In this document: positions 9,662-18,699 of the stretch, piece after piece
How positions within the stretch are numbered: the stretch's first letter is position 1
Layout: every line of letters begins with the position of its first letter
Assembly (NCBI GenBank): GCA_044224875.1
Contig: JBGAJQ010000058.1
Span: 1-33,960 of the forward strand
Length of the DNA stretch: 33,960 nt
Direction of reading: 5' to 3'
Source of the DNA: Gemmatimonadaceae bacterium
GTDB lineage: Bacteria > Gemmatimonadota > Gemmatimonadetes > Gemmatimonadales > Gemmatimonadaceae
Position numbers and translations under genes: made by a program
Notes under the pieces: generated by a model
Told to the model about the DNA's origin: nothing
The model's database searches: none
What the model saw: only the letters and a program-made list of their open reading frames with translations

Positions 9662-10100
9662 AGCTGACGAGGTCCCCGGCTCGCGCAGACTGGCTCGCAC
9701 CGCCACCACCGTGCTCGCGCTCGCCCTCTGGATTCCCGCGACCGCGTTCTTCGCGGTGATCGCACTCCGCGTGGGACAGGGTGTGTGGATGCGTGGGCCC
9801 GGGCGCTCCGCGCCCATCGTGGATCTGCACGGGGCACTGGTGACCGCTGCCTACTCCCTCGGTGGCGCGGCTGTCGCGTTAGGCCTGGCATGGATTGCAC
9901 TGCCGCCGTCACAGACGCGCGCCGTGCGTTGGGCGGGCTGGGCGTGGCTCGGAGTCACCGCCGTGCTGCTGGCGCTTCGTCGGATCGATGGCGTGCCCCT
10001 GCTGGTGGCAGCGCTGGCGGCGTTCGCAATCGGCGTCGACGTCTGCCGACGGCTGGTGCGGGCGGCGCTGCATTACCGGCAGGACCACGGCATCCGCTAA
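9636..10100 (+). CDS. Hypothetical membrane protein (about 4 TM; start uncertain)
   Basis: Several hydrophobic segments; directly follows the KOW gene. Confidence 0.55.
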   Translation: MPRTSSVSEADEVPGSRRLARTATTVLALALWIPATAFFAVIALRVGQGVWMRGPGRSAPIVDLHGALVTAAYSLGGAAVALGLAWIALPPSQTRAVRWAGWAWLGVTAVLLALRRIDGVPLLVAALAAFAIGVDVCRRLVRAALHYRQDHGIR

Positions 10101-10193
10101 CTTTTCCGGAATTCCTGTCGATTTCGTCGGTCCTCGTTCAACGTCTCCTTGGGACCGCACACCGCGGCAGCCGACTCAGCGGTCGCTCGTTGG

Positions 10194-12209
10194 TCACTTC
10201 GGCCGCACGCCGACCGCTTCGTAAAGCGCCTTGCTCTGATAGGCGCGCCCGGCCCGGACCACGGTCTCGGTCTTGCGCAAGTCCGTGATGTGCTCCGAGG
10301 GATGGCCAGCGACGATCGCCAGGTCCGCAACTTTCCCCACGGCGATCGAGCCGTAGTCCTTGTCCATCTTCATCACGCGCGCCGAGGTAATGGTGGCAAT
10401 CTGCAAGACGTTAGGCGCTGGGATGCCGGCGCGTTCATAGATCTCCAGTTCACCGTGGTACGAAAGGCCGGCGACGTTGTCCGTGCCGGCGACAAGCGTG
10501 ACGCCGGCGTCGAACAGTCGCTTGAGCATGCGCCGATATGCCGCCGATGCCGACTGTGCACGCGCGACCACCTCGCTCGGCCCGCCACCGCCGGCGCGCA
10601 ATCCGCGCTGCAGCATGGGTGAGAGCCAGTCAATCGTAGGGCCAAAGACGGGGTCCGTCCCGTCAGGCAGCAACTTGGAACGATCCTGCCAGATATTGAA
10701 CGTGCCGTCGATGACGGTGCCACGGTCCTTCAGGAAGCCGATGAGCGCGGTGACTTCCGGAGCGTCCACATTGAAGGTGGGCGCCACGATGCTGGCCACT
10801 TCCGAGTACGCTCGCATGCGCGGGTAGTACAGCGAGTCCTGGAAGAGGGTGGAGAAGAGAAAGGCCGCGTGCTGGATCTCGTCGTACCCGATGCGAACGG
10901 CCGCGGGCACCGTGAGGCCGCGCGCCACGTGACCGCTCAACCGCATGCCACGCGCGTGCGCCTCACTGGCAATGGTGGGCACGAGGTCCGGGTGGACCAG
11001 GTTGTACAGTTTGATCTGCTTGTAGCCGAGTGAGTCGTAGCGCGCCACCCAGGCTCGCGCCTCATCCTCGGTGCGTACAAGCACCCCCGACGGGCCAGCC
11101 CACTTGCCGGGCCCCTCGATGAAGCCCGCCAGCACCAACCGTGGGCTCAGGATCGTACCTTTGTCAGCACGGGTACGGAGTGACGTCGCGACGTCGATGT
11201 CTGACGCCATGTCCCGCACGGTCGTGATCCCGGCCGCCAACTGTAGCAAACCGTCGGAGCTGCCCTGGAAGGCGTGGGTGTGCATGTCCCACAGCCCCGG
11301 GATGATCGTCTTGCCGGTGGCATCGATGATCGTGGCGCCGCTCGGCGCCTTCACCGAGTCCGCTGGACCAACAGCGGTGATGCGGTCGCCAGTCACCACG
11401 ACGGACATGTGCTGCCTCGTGGCACCGGTCTCACTGTCGAACAGGACGGCATTCTGGATCACCAGTGGTCCGGTGCTCTTTGGCGCGAACTGCGTGGCCA
11501 AGGCGGCATCGCGTTGCTCCTGATACCGGAGCTCATGCGCCCGCAGCGCGGGCAGCAACCCTTCGGCGCCGCGACGAATGGCGATGAACCAACCCGCGGC
11601 CGAGGCGAAGAGACCGCCTTGCTCGTCGATCCAAACGAGGGAAGGCGCCGCGCCAATGCCGTGAATGGCCGCCAGTCGTACGTGCGTAGCGCGTCGATCA
11701 ACAGTCAGCGTGGTATCGACGACGATCTCGACGCGGGCGGTGGCTGCTGGCACCAATGGCGCCGATCGTTGCGGCTGACGAAGGAGGTAATTGGCGAGGA
11801 CGGCGTCGTCGAATGGCGTGGTGGCATTCGGCACGTAGAACGTCTCGGGTGACACGTTCACACTGGTGGTATCACCACTCGTCCAGTACCGCAGGGTGTT
11901 GCCGCGGATGTCGAAATGCTCGGCGTTGAGCGGCACTGGCTTGCCGCTGATGTCCGCCGCGGCGCTCTGCGCGCCGCCGGTCCGCACCTCCGCCCATACC
12001 GGCCGGCCACCGCTCAATCGATAGAAGCCTTCGACCTTCGGGCCGCGCTGCCGGTCGATATGGAAATAGTGCACAGCGGCGGAATCGCCGGTGGTGACGA
12101 CCTGCATCTCCCCCGCCTTTCGTCCGTGGTTCCAGACGATGTAGTCGACAGAGTCGCGCGGCGCGCCGTTGGCAGCGCCGAGCAGCAGAAGCAGGAGCAA
12201 TTGGTTCAT
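10194..12209 (-). CDS. Secreted amidohydrolase family protein
   Basis: IIDATGKTIIPGLWDMHTH, GITTVRD, AGTD, GSIAVGKVADL; signal peptide and N-terminal extension. Confidence 0.93.
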   Translation of the reverse strand: MNQLLLLLLLGAANGAPRDSVDYIVWNHGRKAGEMQVVTTGDSAAVHYFHIDRQRGPKVEGFYRLSGGRPVWAEVRTGGAQSAAADISGKPVPLNAEHFDIRGNTLRYWTSGDTTSVNVSPETFYVPNATTPFDDAVLANYLLRQPQRSAPLVPAATARVEIVVDTTLTVDRRATHVRLAAIHGIGAAPSLVWIDEQGGLFASAAGWFIAIRRGAEGLLPALRAHELRYQEQRDAALATQFAPKSTGPLVIQNAVLFDSETGATRQHMSVVVTGDRITAVGPADSVKAPSGATIIDATGKTIIPGLWDMHTHAFQGSSDGLLQLAAGITTVRDMASDIDVATSLRTRADKGTILSPRLVLAGFIEGPGKWAGPSGVLVRTEDEARAWVARYDSLGYKQIKLYNLVHPDLVPTIASEAHARGMRLSGHVARGLTVPAAVRIGYDEIQHAAFLFSTLFQDSLYYPRMRAYSEVASIVAPTFNVDAPEVTALIGFLKDRGTVIDGTFNIWQDRSKLLPDGTDPVFGPTIDWLSPMLQRGLRAGGGGPSEVVARAQSASAAYRRMLKRLFDAGVTLVAGTDNVAGLSYHGELEIYERAGIPAPNVLQIATITSARVMKMDKDYGSIAVGKVADLAIVAGHPSEHITDLRKTETVVRAGRAYQSKALYEAVGVRPK

Positions 12210-12325
12210 CGTTTCGCCGTGACAGGAGGTGGAGCCGCCGGCGTGACCCGCGAGGACTCACCGGTGGCACGCGCCTCTAGAACAAAGGCGAACGAGGTAG
12301 ATCTGGCAAGTGAGTCAGTGATCGG

Positions 12326-13189
12326 CTACGGCGTTGCCTTCGGCGGCGTCAACGTCCATGCGGCACCGTATCCGTAGTGCTCGACGGGCAGGAAGCGCGG
12401 GCTACGAAGCACGGCGCGATATCCCGAGGGGACGGCGCTATAGAAGGTGTACTTCTCGTTCAACGTCAGCACCTGCGTGCCAATGGTGGCCCACGCGCCA
12501 TGAATGCGCTGGTCGATCTGCATCGTCAAGTTGTTGAACGAACCGTTGCAGCTGCCGAGGAAGGTGATGTTGTTCGTGTTGGTCCCGTAGTACACCGGGG
12601 CGCCAGGGTAGAAGGCGAAGCTTCCATTCAGCTGGTGCGTGTAGTTGGCCGCGCGATACTTCGTGATGCCGACAAATGACGCCGGCCACTCCGTCGTCCA
12701 CTGCTGGTAAAGCGGATCATCGCAGGCGTAGAATCCCTTCCCTGGCGTCTCCAAACCGGAACTGGCGATACGCACTCTCGACTGAACGTTGGTGGTCGAG
12801 AGAACTGCTCGGCGACTGCTGCCACGGGCGAGATGGTCCCGTACCAACGCGTCCGGTGCCGAAGTGGCGGGCGTGAGTGCCATGAACACCTCGAGGGGGG
12901 TTGCATGTTCGCGCACCGCGGCAGCGATCACGCTCGCAGGCGCGCTGCCTGTCGACCGTTCGCCGATTGCCACGCCCTCGCCGAGGTCGATGAACTCGAC
13001 CGTGTTTCCATTCGGGGTCTTCAACGTGGCGATGACGCGGGCTGTTGCAGTGGCCGACGTGCGCTGAATGGCGTCGCCGAACTCGAAAGGCACGGCACTG
13101 GCGACGACGCGAGGCGCTGTCGCAAGGTCCGTGGTACAGGCTGCACCGGTCAACGCCAGACCGAAAACTCCAATCGTCATCCCTCTCAT
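12326..13189 (-). CDS. Hypothetical lipoprotein
   Basis: Lipobox LTGAAC; RBS GGAGGG upstream; no recognised domain. Confidence 0.75.
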   Translation of the reverse strand: MRGMTIGVFGLALTGAACTTDLATAPRVVASAVPFEFGDAIQRTSATATARVIATLKTPNGNTVEFIDLGEGVAIGERSTGSAPASVIAAAVREHATPLEVFMALTPATSAPDALVRDHLARGSSRRAVLSTTNVQSRVRIASSGLETPGKGFYACDDPLYQQWTTEWPASFVGITKYRAANYTHQLNGSFAFYPGAPVYYGTNTNNITFLGSCNGSFNNLTMQIDQRIHGAWATIGTQVLTLNEKYTFYSAVPSGYRAVLRSPRFLPVEHYGYGAAWTLTPPKATP

Positions 13190-13345
13190 GGCCCTCCCCT
13201 CCCAGTAACAGTGGTGATGCTCGCCCCTGCGAGCGTTTGGGAGGTGTGCAGGGTCTGTGCCGCGAGTATCGGCGGACCGCGAGATTGTCGCGGACTACGG
13301 CCTCCCCCAATGAGGAGCTCGGTCACGCAGGGGCCTCGCAGCAAG

Positions 13346-13480
13346 GACGGTAAGGAAGCCGAGGTCGTCCTCCAGCTACTTGATCCCCGCGGAGAGTGTT
13401 GGCTGCGCCACAATCCAGGCAGTCGCGGCGCATTCGAAAGGTTCGCGCGCGAGCGCCACGGGGGACTCGAGATTCCTGGT
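13346..13480 (-). pseudogene. Remnant of a LysR-family helix-turn-helix
   Basis: Hand translation gives TRNLESPVALAREPFECAATAWIVAQPTLSAGIK*LEDDLGFLTV, matching LysR N-termini (LEYLVALARE.HF.RAA..C.VSQPTLSAGIKQLEE.LG), with a TAG at 13376-13378. Confidence 0.75.
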
Positions 13481-13493
13481 GGGCCGCGCTGTC

Positions 13494-15017
13494 CTACCGC
13501 TCCAGCCTGAAGCCGGCGTCCACCGCCGGCCGCTGCGGTGCGTTGGCGGCATACCACCCCGTCAGGTACATCCACTGCGCCATGCGCCGAAGCTTGGCAT
13601 AATCGATTCGCTCTGGGATGTCTCCCGCGGTGTGGTAGTCGTCGTGCAGGTTCGTGGAGTACATAAGGGACGGAACGCTTAACCGGGCATAAGGCAGGTG
13701 ATCGCTGCGGAAGTACCACCCTTCAAAGTGCGTGGGCCGATCCCACAGTGTATCCAGCACAAACTTGCCCGTCGCGGCATTCGCCTTGAGTGCCATCGCA
13801 ACCAGCTCGCTGGAATTCCGGTGCGGTGGCTGGGCGCCGAGCAACGAGGCCGTGTCCGGATGGTTGCGACCGATCATGTCGCCATTGAGTACGGCGACAA
13901 TCTGCGCCAGCGGCACCACCGGATGCGCCGAGTGGTAGCGCGAACCCAGGAGGCCGCGTTCTTCGGAGCCATGATGGACGAAGAGAACGGAACGCTTGGG
14001 ACGCTGGGCGACGAAGGCACGCGCTGCGGCGAACTGCGCCACGCTCACCGAGCCATTGTCGTCAGCACCGGCGAGCACGGAGTCGTTAGGTACCAGGAGC
14101 CGAACGCCGTTGGCGTCCTGGTGTGAGCTGTACAGCACGTATTCGTCGCGCAGCACCGTATCCGTGCCTCGCAGCACACCAATGACGTTGACTGAGGGCG
14201 CCTCGAAGCGCTCCAGCTGGATGCGCAAGGAGGCGTCGGCCCCCTGTTGTAGCTGTCCGGCAGCGGACGCCCGCAGCATGAACGCCGGCGTGGGCCCTCC
14301 GCCGATGGTCGGTAGCGAGGCCACGCGGTCAGAACCGGTGTTGGTGCGGGGCGTGCCGTGGTCCACATCGTAGTCGCCGCGCACCCGCATGGCGGCGAGC
14401 GCGCTAAAGACGCTGTCGACGGTGGGATTGGCGACCAGGAGGATGGCGAGTGCGCCGCGCCGCGTGAGGCGTGCCGTGGTGGTGGCAATGGCGGCGTTGG
14501 CGTACCGCATCCCGTAGGTGTAGGACGTGGGGCGGATGCTGCCGGGTGCGGGCTCCTGCAACTGCGTCGCCACGATGCGGCCGCGGATATCTACGGTGGT
14601 GTCCGAGGGGTCCGCCAGCCACAACACTGGTCCGGTGGCGTCGACCGGCGCGACGCTCAGCGGGATGAGCTGCTCAAAGAGTCCCATGGCCGTGCCCGTG
14701 ACCACCGCGCGGCTGGTCGCGAGCGACACCCGCGTCCGCGTGATGTTGAACCACTGGTACCACGACCCATCCTCCCCCGCCGGCTGCAACCCAATGCGCC
14801 GATACTGCTCGGCCACCCACATGGAGGCCCGCATCTCGTCCAAGGTGCCGCCTTCACGCCCGCGCATGGCCGGTGACGCCATGGCGAAGAGGTCGCGCCG
14901 GAGGTCAGCCTCGCGGATGGTATTGAGCGCGGCGGGGGTCCCGGCCAGTCTGGCGGGTGCGCCTTGGGCGGTGAGGGAAGCGGGCAGGGCCAAGAGGAGG
15001 AGATAGCGGGGGCACAC
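13494..15017 (-). CDS. Secreted M28 family metallopeptidase
   Basis: EYVLYSSHQD, GADDNGS, HGSEERGLLGS, NGDMIGR, RSDH, HDDYHT. Confidence 0.93.
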   Translation of the reverse strand: MCPRYLLLLALPASLTAQGAPARLAGTPAALNTIREADLRRDLFAMASPAMRGREGGTLDEMRASMWVAEQYRRIGLQPAGEDGSWYQWFNITRTRVSLATSRAVVTGTAMGLFEQLIPLSVAPVDATGPVLWLADPSDTTVDIRGRIVATQLQEPAPGSIRPTSYTYGMRYANAAIATTTARLTRRGALAILLVANPTVDSVFSALAAMRVRGDYDVDHGTPRTNTGSDRVASLPTIGGGPTPAFMLRASAAGQLQQGADASLRIQLERFEAPSVNVIGVLRGTDTVLRDEYVLYSSHQDANGVRLLVPNDSVLAGADDNGSVSVAQFAAARAFVAQRPKRSVLFVHHGSEERGLLGSRYHSAHPVVPLAQIVAVLNGDMIGRNHPDTASLLGAQPPHRNSSELVAMALKANAATGKFVLDTLWDRPTHFEGWYFRSDHLPYARLSVPSLMYSTNLHDDYHTAGDIPERIDYAKLRRMAQWMYLTGWYAANAPQRPAVDAGFRLER

Positions 15018-15162
15018 GGGAGGGCGGCGAGAATTGGGACACAGGGCGACCGCGGAAAGACCCAGCGGGTCGGTGCGGTCGAATGTGCTGATAAGGGCGG
15101 AACGGGCATCAGTGCCCGCGGGGCGAGCTTGGGGTGAGCGCTCCCCCGGCGCAAGGTCCGCC

Positions 15163-15612
15163 TCAGTTCTTCCCTTCGAGCCCCTTTAGGTCCGCCCGAT
15201 CCTTGTCGCGCCCCGTGGCCCTTTTGTTCTCTCGGAGCTGTTGCAGGCCGAGAACCGGCACACGCACACCTTCGACATCGCCCTCAACATGTCCGGCCCA
15301 GGCTCCTGCGAATGTCACGCCGGTGAGTCCAGTAAGGATGTCGATCCGGTTTGGCGGCAGGCCAAGCTGGGCAACGATATTCGGTTGCGTTAGATCCCGC
15401 ATGCTGATGTTCAGAGCGTCCAACGGCGCCCCAAACTCGGCTAAGGCGGCCCAGACCCTACTAGCATTCTCCGGCGTGGGATCGATCAGGATGTCAATGT
15501 CGACCGTCCCGCGGGGAAGCCCGTGTACCGCCATCGCATGGGCCCCTACCACGAGGAAGCGCGCCTGGGACTTCTTGAGCGCAAGTAGGATGTCCCGATA
15601 GTCCTCGTTCAC
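15163..15612 (-). CDS. Pol-beta-fold nucleotidyltransferase (DUF6036/AbiEii-like)
   Basis: FLVVGAHAMAVHGLPRGTVDIDI and C-terminal NKRATGRDKDRADL; GTG start at 15612. Confidence 0.85.
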   Translation of the reverse strand: MNEDYRDILLALKKSQARFLVVGAHAMAVHGLPRGTVDIDILIDPTPENASRVWAALAEFGAPLDALNISMRDLTQPNIVAQLGLPPNRIDILTGLTGVTFAGAWAGHVEGDVEGVRVPVLGLQQLRENKRATGRDKDRADLKGLEGKN

Positions 15613-15620
15613 CCTTGGCC

Positions 15621-15830
15621 CTATTGGTCCGCCAGGCTGGTAATCCGCACCGGCATCGTTTGACGGGTGTACTCGGGAACCGGCTGACCGGTCAGGGCCC
15701 ACATCCGGAGGCTCAACTCACGGAGCAAGGCCAGTCGCTCGGTCGCGGTACCGCCCACTCGGGCATCGCCAGCCTCGTCACTGTTCAATGGAACGATGCG
15801 AGCCGTCATCTGACTGCGATCCGTCTTCAT
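15621..15830 (-). CDS. Small protein (69 aa) coupled to the nucleotidyltransferase; putative antitoxin/partner
   Basis: Ends 8 bp before the NTase start; T..ERLALLRELSLRMW helix; RBS GGAG. Confidence 0.65.
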   Translation of the reverse strand: MKTDRSQMTARIVPLNSDEAGDARVGGTATERLALLRELSLRMWALTGQPVPEYTRQTMPVRITSLADQ

Positions 15831-15961
15831 GCTCCAAGAATAGTGGCCCATGACCGATGGGAAAAGGATCTGCCGCCCCCGCGGCTAGACTCCGGCAGTT
15901 CTCGGCAGCTTCTTTCAGAGGCCCTATTCAGTCGCACCTTTCCCTCTGGCCGGTGACTTCC

Positions 15962-17041
15962 ATGCACGGACAATTCACGTGGTACGAGCTGACGACCCCT
16001 GACGTCGACGCATCCAAGAAGTTTTACCCACGGTTCACCGGGTGGGGGCTCCAGGCCTTCGACGCCGACTACACGATGTTCACCAACGGTCCGGCCCCGG
16101 TGGCGGGCATCTTCAAGTTGTCGGCCGACATGAAGGCGCAGGGTGTACCGCCGAACTGGATGTCGTACGTGGAAGTGAACAACGTCGACGCCACCGCGCA
16201 GCAGGCCAGTTCGTTAGGCGGAAAGGTGCTCGTGGGACCAGCGGACATTCCCGGCACCGGTCGTTTTGCCGTGATCCAGGACCCGCAGGGGGCAACGATC
16301 GGGTTGTATCGCGCGTCCGGCCCGTCCAATAGCTGGAATGGAACAGCCGCGTTAGGCCGCCCCTCGTGGCATGAGCTGATGACGGACGACTACAAGAAGG
16401 CGCAGGACTTCTACGGCGCGCTCTTCAATTGGAGATCGACGGGCGAAATGGACATGGGCGGCGGTGCCATGTACTCGATGTTCGGCCACGACAAGATTGG
16501 CTTTGGCGGGATGTACAATCGCATGAAGGGCATGGAAGGGATGCCCCCCTTCTGGCTGCTGTACTTCCACGTGAAGGACGTCTCCAAGGCGATCGATGCG
16601 GCCACCAAGGGTGGCGCCAAGGTCATCCGGCCGCGCATGCCGATTCCCGGCGGCACCGTGGCGATCCTCAGCGATCCACACGGCGCCGCGTTCGCGCTGC
16701 ACGACGCCCTCGCCATGCCAGCTGCAACGGGCCCCGGAGCGCCAGCCGAACCCTCCACCGCCGCGAAGGCGACCGCGGCAGCGAAGAACGCGGTGAAGAA
16801 GGTGGCAAAGAAGGCCTCAGGCGCGGTGAAGGCGGTGAAGAAGGCCGCGAAGAAGTTGGCGAAGAAGGTCGCGAAGAAGGCACCAGCCAAGGCCGCCAAG
16901 AAGGCCGTCGCGAAGAAGGCCGTCGCCAAGAAGGTGGTGAAACGGGCGGCGAAGAAGGTGGTGAAGAAGGCCGCGAAGAAGGCCCCGGCCAAGAGCGCCA
17001 AGAAGTCCGTCAAGGCGAAGAGCGCCAAGCGCAAGAAGTAG
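15962..17041 (+). CDS. Tandem VOC (glyoxalase/bleomycin-resistance fold) protein with histone-H1-like C-terminal tail
   Basis: Two repeats, FTWYELTTPD..DPQGA and PSWHELMTDD..DPHGA, then a Pro/Ala linker and an AKKA-repeat tail. Confidence 0.92.
   Translation: MHGQFTWYELTTPDVDASKKFYPRFTGWGLQAFDADYTMFTNGPAPVAGIFKLSADMKAQGVPPNWMSYVEVNNVDATAQQASSLGGKVLVGPADIPGTGRFAVIQDPQGATIGLYRASGPSNSWNGTAALGRPSWHELMTDDYKKAQDFYGALFNWRSTGEMDMGGGAMYSMFGHDKIGFGGMYNRMKGMEGMPPFWLLYFHVKDVSKAIDAATKGGAKVIRPRMPIPGGTVAILSDPHGAAFALHDALAMPAATGPGAPAEPSTAAKATAAAKNAVKKVAKKASGAVKAVKKAAKKLAKKVAKKAPAKAAKKAVAKKAVAKKVVKRAAKKVVKKAAKKAPAKSAKKSVKAKSAKRKK
16760..17038 (+). repeat. Lys/Ala-rich low-complexity repeat (GCGAAGAAG-type units)
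   Basis: 93 codons with 37 Lys, 2 Arg and no Asp/Glu (counted by hand). Confidence 0.95.
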
Positions 17042-17053
17042 CGCTACCCATCC

Positions 17054-17083
17054 GCTGCGCAACCAGGGGTCCGGTTGCGCAGC
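17054..17083. terminator. GC-rich hairpin after the VOC-H1 gene
   Basis: GCTGCGCAACC-8 nt-GGTTGCGCAGC, a perfect 11-bp stem 12 bp after the stop; no U-tract. Confidence 0.6.
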
Positions 17084-17258
17084 CGCCCGGAGCACAGCCG
17101 CTCATGATGCTGTGGCTCCCCCTCATGCTGAGCCGATCGTCATCGACATCGGTCGGTCACGCCAGCTACACTGCGGCGCCTTCCCGTGACGCGAGGCCAT
17201 TCGCACCGTCCGCCCGCGCGTGGAATGCGCCCTTCATGTAATTCGATGCCACGACCAT

Positions 17259-17295
17259 ACGACCCTCGCGACCATGCAATGGTGGCGAGGGTCGT
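17259..17295. repeat. 17-bp inverted repeat (1 mismatch, 3-nt loop)
   Basis: ACGACCCTCGCGACCAT-GCA-ATGGTGGCGAGGGTCGT between convergent genes. Confidence 0.8.
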
Positions 17296-17432
17296 GCGGC
17301 ATGTAACCAGAATTTGAACTGACTCGCCACGAACCGAGGACCACGGCATGGATCGGGACGATCCCGCCCAGCGTTCCACTTCCCGAGATCAACGGCGCGA
17401 GGAAGGAACACCTCCTGCGACTGTAACAGCGC

Positions 17433-17987
17433 TCAGTCGAACGCCTCCCGGAAGTATTCCACCACATCCATCCGCAGCGCCTCGGCGTCCACCACCGGTC
17501 GCCAAACCATCTCCCCCGCGGCCATCTCCGGTTGCTCATCGTTAGGCAACCACCGCTCGATCACGCGAGTGTTCAGGTCCACGATCCAGTACTCGGCCAC
17601 GCCACACGTTTGATAGAGCCGCCGCTTCACTTGCCGGTCGGCACGCTTGGTGCCAGGTGACAGGATCTCGACTGCGAGCACGAGATCGGAGATGTTCACC
17701 AATGCGGGGATGCGCTCTCCCCTTCGTCGGGGGAACGCAACCAAGTCCGGCTGCACTTCTCCCGGCCCTCGTATGCGAACGGAAAATGGCGCAAAGAGCA
17801 CCTGCAGCCCCAACGACTTGGCGAACGGGTGCAACCGATGCCACAACATGGCGGCAGCGTTCTGGTGCTCCCCCGTCGGCGCCGGCGTCACGAACAGCTC
17901 GCCGTCGATGAGCTCGTACCGATTCCCGTCGTCGGGGAGTGCGTGGACCATCTCCAGCGTCCACCCATGGGATTGTGGCATGGCCAT
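17433..17987 (-). CDS. Uma2 family (DUF820) restriction-endonuclease-fold protein
   Basis: LPDDGNRYELIDGELFVTPAP, VQPDLV, LAVEILSPGT, KRRLY...GVAEYWIVD. Confidence 0.93.
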   Translation of the reverse strand: MAMPQSHGWTLEMVHALPDDGNRYELIDGELFVTPAPTGEHQNAAAMLWHRLHPFAKSLGLQVLFAPFSVRIRGPGEVQPDLVAFPRRRGERIPALVNISDLVLAVEILSPGTKRADRQVKRRLYQTCGVAEYWIVDLNTRVIERWLPNDEQPEMAAGEMVWRPVVDAEALRMDVVEYFREAFD

Positions 17988-18186
17988 AGCGTACGCTCGG
18001 CGAGAACGGGTGTGCAAGCGAACATACGCCGAGGGTAGCCCCGAACCCTCGACCAAGCCGCACCGATTCCTTGCAGTAAGGTGCAAAGTCATGCCTTCCC
18101 CTCACCACATAGGCCGAACGGCGCCCCTCACGAGGCGCCGTCTTCGTTCCTCCAGCCTATTCTATTGCGGCAGCGAGTGAGCCGGC

Positions 18187-18648
18187 CTAACCATTCATCG
18201 CCGACGGATCCATCCAGAACAGCTCCCAGTGATATCCGTCCAGGTCGTAGAAGCTCCGCACGTACATGAAGCCGTGATCCTGCGGCTCCGCGGCCGGCTT
18301 GGCGCCGGCCGCTAACGCCGTCGCGTACAGCGAATCCACTTCTTCCCGGCTCTCCGCCGTGATCGCGTAGATGGAGTTCGTCTCCTGCTTCCAGTTCCCC
18401 GCCGGCTTGCGGGTGAAGCCAGCGAACTTGTCGGGCACCATCAGCATGAAGTAGGCATCCGTGCCTACGAGCATGCAGGTGGCCGTGGCGTCCGTGAACT
18501 GCGTGTTGAACGAGAAGCCAAGCTGTTCGAAGAACACGATCGCCTGCTGCAGGTTGCTGACGGGAAGATTCACAAACAGCTTGCGAGCCTTGGAAGGCAC
18601 GGTGCCAGCGTTCGTGATGGTTGGGCCAGGTGCTTGCGTGGTAGACAT
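18187..18648 (-). CDS. VOC/glyoxalase family protein
   Basis: LFVNLPVSNL...FFEQLGFSFNTQFTD and QDHGFMYVRSFYDLDGYHWE. Confidence 0.92.
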   Translation of the reverse strand: MSTTQAPGPTITNAGTVPSKARKLFVNLPVSNLQQAIVFFEQLGFSFNTQFTDATATCMLVGTDAYFMLMVPDKFAGFTRKPAGNWKQETNSIYAITAESREEVDSLYATALAAGAKPAAEPQDHGFMYVRSFYDLDGYHWELFWMDPSAMNG

Positions 18649-18699
18649 CGTTGACTCCGTATTATTGATGTTGTAGGTGACGGTTGCCAGAGTGCTGGC

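Noticed and set aside
16411..17034. 207-aa minus-strand Phe/Ala-rich ORF that looks like a membrane protein
   Set aside because: It is the antisense shadow of the AAG/GCC repeats of the Lys/Ala tail.
17100..17430. Short ORFs between the VOC-H1 and Uma2 genes
   Set aside because: No recognisable motif or consistent codon bias; I cannot support a gene or pseudogene call.
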